This document shows, piece after piece, positions 56,728-64,000 of a stretch of 64,000 bases of DNA. The notes beneath the pieces are model-generated. The model did not search any database. It saw only the letters and a program-made list of their open reading frames with translations, and was not told the DNA's origin. The DNA is from Frankiales bacterium (GTDB taxonomy: Bacteria > Actinomycetota > Actinomycetes > JAWWOW01). Every line of letters starts with the position of its first letter. Within the stretch, counting starts at the first letter, position 1. The stretch is taken from contig JAWWOW010000025.1 of assembly GCA_033851265.1 (NCBI GenBank), positions 79,386 to 143,385 on the forward strand. The letters run 5' to 3'. The position numbers and the translations under genes are program-made.

Positions 56728-58062
56728 ATGTACGACACGTTTTGGACCAGGCAGGGGTATCGACTCCTCGGCTTGGTCTTTTTCACCATCGTCGGCAGCC
56801 TCATCGCGCTGTCGCTCCAGGCCTACAGCAAGGCGTTCACGCCCATCACCAAGGTCGACCTAGAGGTCAGTGGGTCTGGTCAGCTGCTGCTGCCGGGATC
56901 CGACGTCAAGGTGCGTGGTCTTCTCGTCGGTGAAGTCCGCTCGATCGACTCGAACGGGCAGCACGCGACGATCCACATGGCGTTGCATCCGGCCGATGCC
57001 CACAAGCTGCCCGCGAATGTCACCGCACGCATCACGCCAAAGACCGTCTTCGGCGAGAAGTACGTCGATCTGATGATGCCGAGCGACCCGGTCGAGCAGT
57101 CGCTTGCCGAAGCGCCGCGGGGGGCGGGCAACGTACCGACGATCGGTCTGGACCGGTCCAAGCCTGCGCTCGAGATCAGCCGAGTGCTGAGTGACGTGCT
57201 CCCGCTGCTGCGCAGCATCAACCCGCAGCAGCTGAGCCTCACGCTCACGGCGGTCGCGTCCGCACTGGAAGGGCGCGGGGAGAAGCTCGGGGAGACGATG
57301 GAGCTGCTCGACAGCTACCTGATCGGGTTCAACCCTCAGATCGACGTGCTCAAGCAGGACATCACGAAGCTGGCCGACGTCGCGACGACGTACGACGCAG
57401 CGGCGCCCGATCTGCTTCGCATCCTGAACAACCTCATCGTCACGAGCCGCACGGTGGTCGCCGAGAAGGAGACCATCGCAACTTTCCTCAGCGACGTGAC
57501 ACAGACTGCAAACAAGACGAACAGCCTGTTGACGCGCTCGGCCACGAACCTGATCCAGGTCAACAAGGTCAACAAGGACCTGCTGGCCCTGCTCGCGAGG
57601 TACTCCCCGGAGTTCCCTTGCTTCTTCGAGGGATACGCCAAGCTCGGCCCACAGGTGCGGGACTCTCTCGGTACGACGCGCGAAACGCTCAAGAGCGCAC
57701 ATATCGTCATTGAGTTCGGCAGGGCGGTGCCGGAGTACCAATACCCGATCGACCTGCCGGAGTACAACGACAATCGCGGGCCCAACTGCTACGGCTTGCC
57801 CAACCCGCAGGTCCCCCTCCCGCAGATCCATCTCAACGACGGCACCGAGGACGACCCGCGCTTTAACCCCCCCACGAACGCTCAGTTCTCCGGCACCAGC
57901 GCTGGTCCGGCATCGACCGGCGGCCCTGGGTCGGCCGCCGAGCGCAGCATGGTCGACGCGCTGCTGGCGCCGGTATTGCAGACCAACTCCGTCAGCGTCC
58001 CTGACATCGCCGATCTGCTGTGGGGCCCGATGGCGCGGGGACAGCAGGTGAGCCTGCGATGA
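56728..58062 (+). CDS. mceA: Mce family protein MceA (MlaD-domain substrate-binding protein)
   Basis: An N-terminal TM, then an MlaD/Mce domain (VGEVRSIDSNG...), a helical domain and a Pro-rich tail. Confidence 0.85.
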   Translation: MYDTFWTRQGYRLLGLVFFTIVGSLIALSLQAYSKAFTPITKVDLEVSGSGQLLLPGSDVKVRGLLVGEVRSIDSNGQHATIHMALHPADAHKLPANVTARITPKTVFGEKYVDLMMPSDPVEQSLAEAPRGAGNVPTIGLDRSKPALEISRVLSDVLPLLRSINPQQLSLTLTAVASALEGRGEKLGETMELLDSYLIGFNPQIDVLKQDITKLADVATTYDAAAPDLLRILNNLIVTSRTVVAEKETIATFLSDVTQTANKTNSLLTRSATNLIQVNKVNKDLLALLARYSPEFPCFFEGYAKLGPQVRDSLGTTRETLKSAHIVIEFGRAVPEYQYPIDLPEYNDNRGPNCYGLPNPQVPLPQIHLNDGTEDDPRFNPPTNAQFSGTSAGPASTGGPGSAAERSMVDALLAPVLQTNSVSVPDIADLLWGPMARGQQVSLR

Positions 58063-59087
58063 CCGACACCATCCGCACCGGCCCGGCCGCGATCAAGTTC
58101 GGCATCTTCACGGTCGTCACATTGTTCGCTACCGCGATACTCGGCATGACCGTCGCCAACATGCAGTTCAAGGCGACCCACGGCTACAAGGCGATATTCA
58201 GCGACGCGACGTTCCTCCACCACGGTGACGACGTGCGACTCGCCGGTGTGCGGGTCGGCACGATCGGCTCGATCAAGCTGCACGAGGGGACGCTGGCGGA
58301 GGTCTCCTTCACCGTCGAGAAGGCCGTCCCCATCACGCCCAACACCCGCGCCGAGATTCGTTATCGCAACCTCATCGGACAGCGTTACCTGGCCTTGGTC
58401 GACACCGCGGGGAGGGGCGAGCGAGTCCGTCCTGGCTACACGATTCCGCTGGAGCGCACCGTTCCTGCGCTCAACCTGACGCAGCTGTTCAACGGCTTCC
58501 GGCCGTTGCTGCAGGGGCTGACGCCCGATGACGTCAACAAGCTGTCCTACGGGATCATCCGGGTCCTGCAGGGCGAAGGCGGCACCGTCGATGCACTGCT
58601 GTCGCAGACCGCGTCGCTGAGCAGCACGCTCGCCGACCGCGACCAGCTCATCGGCCAGGTGATCAACAACCTGAATGCTGTGCTCGGGCCGGTCGCCCAG
58701 CGCGAAGGTGACCTGACCGACCTCGTCGTACAGCTGCAGCGGCTGGTGACAGGCCTGTCGGGGGACCGCACGGCGATCGGCAACGCCCTTGTCGGGATCA
58801 ACGACCTGACCTCGACGACGTCGGACCTCCTTCGTGATGCACGGCCGTCACTGAAGGTCGACATCACCGAGCTCGGCAAGCTGACCAAGGCGCTCGACAC
58901 ACCTTCGGGCCGGCATGAGATCGACAAGTACCTGAAGGAGCTGCCTGACCGCCTGCGTCTGACCGGTCCCGTCGTGGCGTACGGCTCGTGGATCAACTTC
59001 TACCTGTGCGCCGTCAACTTCAAGGTGGGCCCGAATGTCACTGACGTGACGGCGGTTCACTACAACGAAGCGGCGAGGTGCTTCTGA
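58059..59087 (+). CDS. mceB: Mce family protein MceB
   Basis: MTDTIRTGPAAIKFGIFTVVTLFA plus an Mce domain (VRLAGVRVGTIGSI). There is an ATGA overlap with mceA. Confidence 0.85.
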   Translation: MTDTIRTGPAAIKFGIFTVVTLFATAILGMTVANMQFKATHGYKAIFSDATFLHHGDDVRLAGVRVGTIGSIKLHEGTLAEVSFTVEKAVPITPNTRAEIRYRNLIGQRYLALVDTAGRGERVRPGYTIPLERTVPALNLTQLFNGFRPLLQGLTPDDVNKLSYGIIRVLQGEGGTVDALLSQTASLSSTLADRDQLIGQVINNLNAVLGPVAQREGDLTDLVVQLQRLVTGLSGDRTAIGNALVGINDLTSTTSDLLRDARPSLKVDITELGKLTKALDTPSGRHEIDKYLKELPDRLRLTGPVVAYGSWINFYLCAVNFKVGPNVTDVTAVHYNEAARCF

Positions 59088-60136
59088 TGAAGCGCCCGAG
59101 CTGGCTTCCCAGGATCCCGGCCTTCCGGGAGATGAACCCTCAGCCGATCGGCGCTGCCTTCATCGCCGTGGTGCTCGTCCTGATGTACGTCGCGTTCAAC
59201 ATCACCTCGCTGCCGCTCTTCGGCGGCGGCACGAAATACTCCGCGCAGTTCTCCGAGGCGGCCGGGCTGCGCAAAGGCGACGACGTCCGCGTTGCCGGCG
59301 TCGAGGTCGGCACGGTGACCGGTGTGCGACTCGAGGGCTCGCATGTCCGGGTGGACTTCACGGTGGGCAAGGGCGCCAAGGTCGGTGCCGATCCCAAGCT
59401 GTCGATCGAGATCGCGACGTTGCTCGGCAACAAGTACATCCTGCTCGAGCCAGGGTTCCCCGGCGAGTGGGATCACCTCAAGGAGCTGCCGCTCGAGCGG
59501 ACCAGGGCCCCCTACGACGTCACGGCGGCGTTCGGCGACTTGTCGGAGACGGTCGGTGCCATCAACACCGACCAGCTCGCCGAAGCCCTGAACACCGTGT
59601 CCGCGACGTTCAAGAACAGTCCGCCGCAGGTCAAGGCAGCCCTCGACGGTCTGAGCCGCCTCTCGCGCACCATCTCCGCACGCGACACGCAGATCGGACA
59701 GCTGCTGAGAAACGCCGAGTCGGTCAGTGGCGTGCTCGATCGCAACCGGCAACAGATCGTTGCGCTGCTAGGCGATGGAGACAAGCTGCTGCAAGAGATC
59801 CACGCGCGACGCGAAGTCATTCATGAGCTGCTCCTCAGCACGGCGTCGTTGGCGACCGAGCTGCGCGGCCTAGTGCGGGACAACCAGGCGGCGATCACAC
59901 CTGCGTTGCAGCACCTCAAGAGCGTGCTCGACGTGCTCGTGTCCAACCAGAACAACCTCGACCAGATCCTCCAACTGATCTTCCCGTGGACCCGCACCCT
60001 CATCGACTCGGTGGGCACCGGGCCATGGTTCGACGCGATCGTGCAGAACCTGCCGCTGCCGCTGCTGACAGGAACCGCCCCGGCGAACGCTCCGGCGAAC
60101 CGCAGCCTCCAAGACATGCTCGGGCTGGGGGGGTGA
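59087..60136 (+). CDS. mceC: Mce family protein MceC
   Basis: An Mce domain ([14 protein letters not shown]); ATGA overlap with mceB. Confidence 0.8.
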   Translation: MKRPSWLPRIPAFREMNPQPIGAAFIAVVLVLMYVAFNITSLPLFGGGTKYSAQFSEAAGLRKGDDVRVAGVEVGTVTGVRLEGSHVRVDFTVGKGAKVGADPKLSIEIATLLGNKYILLEPGFPGEWDHLKELPLERTRAPYDVTAAFGDLSETVGAINTDQLAEALNTVSATFKNSPPQVKAALDGLSRLSRTISARDTQIGQLLRNAESVSGVLDRNRQQIVALLGDGDKLLQEIHARREVIHELLLSTASLATELRGLVRDNQAAITPALQHLKSVLDVLVSNQNNLDQILQLIFPWTRTLIDSVGTGPWFDAIVQNLPLPLLTGTAPANAPANRSLQDMLGLGG

Positions 60137-60140
60137 CGGC

Positions 60141-61289
60141 GTGCGCGGACTGATGGCGACGCGGCTCGTACGCATCGGTGTCCCCGTCGTACTGGCTGCG
60201 GTGCTGATCGCCTACGTGGTGCGTGTGGTGACGAGCGGCAGCGATGCACACGTGACCGCGTACTTCCCGCGCGCGGTGCATCTCTACAAGGGCTCCGACG
60301 TCGACATCCTCGGCATCAAGGTCGGCACCGTCACCAAGATCACACCCGAGGGCGACCGGGTTCGCGTCGAGATGACGTACGACAAGAAGTACAAGCTCCC
60401 CGCCGACGTGCACGCCGTCATCGTCATGCCGACCGTCGTCGCCGACCGCTACGTGCAGTTCGTGCCGGCGTATGAGAGCGGCCCGGTGCTAGCGGATAAG
60501 GCGACGCTAGACCTAGAGAAGAACCGGGTCCCGGTGGAGCTGGACCAGGTATACGAGCAGCTGATCCGGTTGTCCACCTCGCTCGGACCGAACGGAGCCA
60601 ACAAGGACGGCTCGCTCTCCCGTGCGGTGACCGTGCTCGCGAACAACCTGCGTGGGCAGGGCGCAAAGGCCAACACCACGATCAAAGGTATTGCTGACCT
60701 GACTGGCACCCTGGGTGACAACCGCGACGCGCTGTTCGGCACCGTGCGCAACCTGCAGGGGTTCACCACGTCGCTAGCGGCCAATGACAGCACGGTGCGT
60801 TCGTTCACCGAGCTGCTCGCTCGCGTCTCCGGTCAGCTCGACGCGGAGCGGGAAGAGCTTGCCGGGGCCTTGCACAACTTGACCCTCGCGCTGCCGGAGG
60901 TCACGTCGTTCATCCGGGACAACCGGTCGCTCGTAGCAGCGAACATCGCTCAGCTGCAGCGGGTCGCCAAGGTTCTCGACAAGGAAAAAAAGAACATCAA
61001 TGACGTCCTGAAGATCGCCCCACTGGGTCTGCACAACTTCACTCACCTCTACAACGCGCAGTTGGCTGGGGAGAACGGCCGGATCAACTTCACCGACAAG
61101 ACGGAAAACCCGAGCATCTTCATCTGTTCGTCGTTGGTCTCGTTGACGGCGCAGACGCAGCTGCAGTTCGATCAGCTGAACGCAACCTGCGATTCGTTGT
61201 TCGGTAACAGCATCAACGTCATGCCGTTCGTCAACAGCATTCCCGACCCCACCCTGGCCGGTGTCCTTCCGGGGCGGGCTGCCGGATGA
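60141..61289 (+). CDS. mceD: Mce family protein MceD
   Basis: An Mce domain ([14 protein letters not shown]). Confidence 0.8.
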   Translation: MRGLMATRLVRIGVPVVLAAVLIAYVVRVVTSGSDAHVTAYFPRAVHLYKGSDVDILGIKVGTVTKITPEGDRVRVEMTYDKKYKLPADVHAVIVMPTVVADRYVQFVPAYESGPVLADKATLDLEKNRVPVELDQVYEQLIRLSTSLGPNGANKDGSLSRAVTVLANNLRGQGAKANTTIKGIADLTGTLGDNRDALFGTVRNLQGFTTSLAANDSTVRSFTELLARVSGQLDAEREELAGALHNLTLALPEVTSFIRDNRSLVAANIAQLQRVAKVLDKEKKNINDVLKIAPLGLHNFTHLYNAQLAGENGRINFTDKTENPSIFICSSLVSLTAQTQLQFDQLNATCDSLFGNSINVMPFVNSIPDPTLAGVLPGRAAG

Positions 61290-62458
61290 TGCGCCCCCGC
61301 CTCCGGCTCGCAGCCTCCGTACTCGGCACGCTCGTGGTGCTGTCGGGGTGCTCCTTCAACGGCGTTTACTCCCTGCCGTTGCCCGGAGCCGTCGCCAACC
61401 GCGGGGCGACGTACACCGTCACTGTGGAGTTCCGCGACGCGCTCGACCTCGTGCCCTACTCGGCCGTGAAGGTCAACGACGCGATCGTCGGCCACGTGCA
61501 CGCCGTGCGCTGGAAGATCGGCCCCGACGGTCCCTTTGCCGAGGTCGACTGTCGCCTCAAGCAAAGCGTGAAGCTCCCTCGCAACGCATCCGCCACCATC
61601 GCTGAGACGAGCCTGCTGGGCGAGAAGTACGTTGCCCTCGCCGCCCCGAGCACCGTGAAGGCAACCGGCCTGCTCGCGAACAACGACAGGGTCGGTTTGG
61701 AGAGCACCGATCGGGCGGCCACCGTGGAAGAGGTGCTGTCATCACTCTCGCTGTTGCTCAACGGCGGCGGCCTCGCCCAGGTGAAGGTCATCGCTGCCGA
61801 GCTCAACAACGCGTTCTCCGGCCGGGAGCCGGCGATTCGCGACTCGCTCGAGCGGCTGCGCACCGTGGTCACGGGCCTGAACGGTCAACGCAGTGAGATC
61901 GTGCGTGCGCTGGAGAACGTCAACAAGCTGGCGTCGACGCTGCGCCAGCAGGAAGGCGTGATCACCACCGCCCTCGAGACCATGCCACCCGCGCTTGGTG
62001 TGCTGAACGGTCAGCGCGAGCAGCTGACCACCATGCTCGAGGCGGTCGACAAGCTCGGTCGGACTGCGGGGTCAGTCATCCGCGCCAGTCGCGATGATCT
62101 GCTGGCGAACCTCAAGGCCCTGGAACCGACGCTGACCAAGTTGGCCGAGGCGGGCAAGTACATCCCGCCCGCGCTCGACATGTTCCTCAACTACCCGTTC
62201 GCCACTGGCAGCGACAAGGTCTTCCACGGCGACTACGGCAACGTCTTCTTGACGATCGACCTGTACGGGCCGCAGCTCCTCCACAACTTCCAGACTCTGA
62301 ACACGCCGGCACCGAAGGCGAACGCCCCAGCCGCGCCGTCGCCGTCGAAGCCGAAGGCACGCCCCCTGCCAACGCCGGTCCCGTTGCCTCAGCTGCCCGG
62401 TCCGCTGAATGACGGCCAAACGACGATCGACCGGTTGCTCTTGGGGGTGCTCCGATGA
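61286..62458 (+). CDS. mceE: Mce family lipoprotein MceE
   Basis: Lipobox VVLSGC plus an Mce domain ([11 protein letters not shown]); the start overlaps the mceD stop. Confidence 0.8.
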   Translation: MMRPRLRLAASVLGTLVVLSGCSFNGVYSLPLPGAVANRGATYTVTVEFRDALDLVPYSAVKVNDAIVGHVHAVRWKIGPDGPFAEVDCRLKQSVKLPRNASATIAETSLLGEKYVALAAPSTVKATGLLANNDRVGLESTDRAATVEEVLSSLSLLLNGGGLAQVKVIAAELNNAFSGREPAIRDSLERLRTVVTGLNGQRSEIVRALENVNKLASTLRQQEGVITTALETMPPALGVLNGQREQLTTMLEAVDKLGRTAGSVIRASRDDLLANLKALEPTLTKLAEAGKYIPPALDMFLNYPFATGSDKVFHGDYGNVFLTIDLYGPQLLHNFQTLNTPAPKANAPAAPSPSKPKARPLPTPVPLPQLPGPLNDGQTTIDRLLLGVLR

Positions 62459-63717
62459 TCCGACGGAGCGTCATCGTCAAGGTCGTCATCTTCGCCGTCG
62501 TCACCGTGCTCGGCGTCAGCTACACGGCGGTGAAGTACGTCCGAATCGGTGATGGGCTGCTGAACTCGTCGAAAACGGTGTACGTCGACATGGACGCGGC
62601 AGGCGGCATCTTCCCCAACAGCGAGGTGACTTACCGGGGCGTGCCCGTCGGACGGGTGACATCGGTCAAGGCGCGCGACAACTATTCAGGCGTACGCATG
62701 GGCTTGCTCATCAACAGTGGGCCCGAAGTGCCCAACGACTTGGATGTCGTCATCGCCAACGGATCGGCCATCGGCGAGCAGTACGTCGACCTGCAGCCGA
62801 GGCGGCGGACCGGGCCGTACCTCAAGGACGGCGAGCTGATCAAGGATGACAAGCCGACGTTGCCGATCGAGACAGCGACGTTGCTGATGAATCTCGACCA
62901 GTTGGTCAACTCCGTCCCCAAGGACGACCTACAGACCGTCATCTCCGAGTTGGGCACGGCGTTCGCGAAAACTGGGCCCGATTTGCAACGCATCATCGAC
63001 GCCAGCCATGCCCTGCTCACCGAGGCGTCGGCGGCTCTGCCGCAGACGATCGCGCTGCTGCGCGATGGCCGCACGGTGCTCGACACTCAGAACGACCAAG
63101 CCAGTGCCATAGCGGAGTTCGCCAAGCACTTGGCGTCGTTCACTGCTCAACTGCGCGCGAGCGACTCCGACCTCCGAGGCGCGCTGGAGCTCGGTATCCC
63201 CGCGGCGGCTCAGCTGACTGGTCTCGTCGATTCCGTCAGTGCAACCTTGCCGATGCTGCTCGGCAACCTGGTCAATGTCGGCCAGGTTGCAGCACTGCAC
63301 GTCAACGACATCAAGCAGGTGCTCATCGTCTACCCCTACCTCGTGGCGGCATCGTTCACGACGTTCCCCGGCAACGGCACCACCGTCTTCGGCGTCCCGA
63401 TGAACCAGAACGGGATGCCGCCGGCGTGCACGCAGGGCTACCCGCCGCCGTCGACACAGCGGGTGCCGGAAGACACCACCCAGCGCACCCCTTATCCGTA
63501 CAACGCTTTCTGTCAGGCGCCCGGCGACTCACCGGATGGAACGAGCGTGCGCGGCACACGCAATGCCCCCGGCAACCGGTCCAACGCGACCATCAACAAC
63601 ACCGCCGTGACGACCAACAACTACCGGGTAGCCTCCACCGGAGGTCAGCAACGGATCATGGGAGACAACTCGTGGCAGTGGCTTCTGGCCGGTCCGATGG
63701 GGGCCGGCTCCGACTAG
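62455..63717 (+). CDS. mceF: Mce family protein MceF
   Basis: An N-terminal TM, an Mce domain (VTYRGVPVGRVTSV) and a C-terminal Pro/Asn-rich tail. Confidence 0.8.
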   Translation: MIRRSVIVKVVIFAVVTVLGVSYTAVKYVRIGDGLLNSSKTVYVDMDAAGGIFPNSEVTYRGVPVGRVTSVKARDNYSGVRMGLLINSGPEVPNDLDVVIANGSAIGEQYVDLQPRRRTGPYLKDGELIKDDKPTLPIETATLLMNLDQLVNSVPKDDLQTVISELGTAFAKTGPDLQRIIDASHALLTEASAALPQTIALLRDGRTVLDTQNDQASAIAEFAKHLASFTAQLRASDSDLRGALELGIPAAAQLTGLVDSVSATLPMLLGNLVNVGQVAALHVNDIKQVLIVYPYLVAASFTTFPGNGTTVFGVPMNQNGMPPACTQGYPPPSTQRVPEDTTQRTPYPYNAFCQAPGDSPDGTSVRGTRNAPGNRSNATINNTAVTTNNYRVASTGGQQRIMGDNSWQWLLAGPMGAGSD

Positions 63718-63725
63718 TCGCCACG

Positions 63726-64000
63726 GTGCTGCTCAGTCTGTTGCTCGCTGCGCTGCTCGCATTCGGTGCGCTGGTCTACGTGAAATACCGTGACGAGGGC
63801 GACAAGCAGGACGTGCGCACGGCTGCCATGGCCGCGGCCCGCCTCGAGGCGTTGAACCTCACGACGATCGACTACAAGGACACCGATGCTGCGGTCGACC
63901 GCATTCTGTCGTTGGCGACCGGAACGTTGTCGACGCAATTCAAGACGCAGCGCGGCCAGCTCGGTCCGTTGCTCGCCGGCACCAAGTCGGTCTCCGTCGG
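63726..64000 (+). CDS. Mce-associated membrane protein (Mas-like), N-terminal fragment running off the window
   Basis: A GTG start gives VLLSLLLAALLAFGALVYVKYRDEGDKQDVRTAAMAAARLEALNLTTIDYKDTDAAVDRIL, the typical Mas N-terminal TM plus conserved region. Confidence 0.45.
   Translation, partial: MLLSLLLAALLAFGALVYVKYRDEGDKQDVRTAAMAAARLEALNLTTIDYKDTDAAVDRILSLATGTLSTQFKTQRGQLGPLLAGTKSVSV

Noticed and set aside
56860-60413. Several 100-320 aa antisense ORFs across the mce operon
   Set aside because: Shadow frames of a tightly coupled, well-conserved operon.

Overview
This is a 64 kb high-GC (~68-70%) chromosomal segment, most likely from an actinobacterium. No CRISPR array, rRNA, transposase or integrase was recognised.

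The backbone carries housekeeping genes in an order that resembles the Mycobacterium recO-uppS...glyS...dgt-dnaG region: ohr, recO, uppS, glyQS, ppdK, dgt and dnaG. A sigma-70 gene sits directly downstream of dnaG.

The window contains two tRNAs, tRNA-Asn(GTT) at 30630-30705 and tRNA-Met(CAT) at 34135-34208.

The backbone also encodes several secreted or surface proteins:
- an L-type lectin-domain protein;
- an M23 lipoprotein;
- an S8 peptidase with a C-terminal membrane anchor;
- an M36 fungalysin-like protease with a discoidin domain;
- a BNR/Asp-box protein with an LAATG sortase signal;
- a DUF929/VKOR disulfide-forming pair.

Other backbone genes include a large protein with two class III cyclase domains, a STAND ATPase and TPR repeats, a type IB topoisomerase, and a complete yrbEAB-mceABCDEF operon followed by the start of an Mce-associated membrane protein.

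The most unusual part is a ~12.5 kb lower-GC block at ~34.2-46.8 kb; the ~60% figure is counted from one 63-nt stretch (39538-39600) and otherwise estimated by eye. It lies immediately 3' of tRNA-Met, and the tRNA 3' end is tandemly duplicated there (16 bp x2.7, att-like).

The block encodes only hypothetical proteins: a three-gene operon (membrane protein, RecB/Cas4-like PD-(D/E)xK nuclease, membrane protein), a divergent HEPN-motif protein, a run of small membrane proteins and lipoproteins, and a membrane-anchored HExxH protein paired with a small membrane protein. I read this as a candidate mobile or defence island that may hold an undescribed nuclease/HEPN-based system.

Many long antisense ORFs in the six-frame track are high-GC shadow frames and were rejected.
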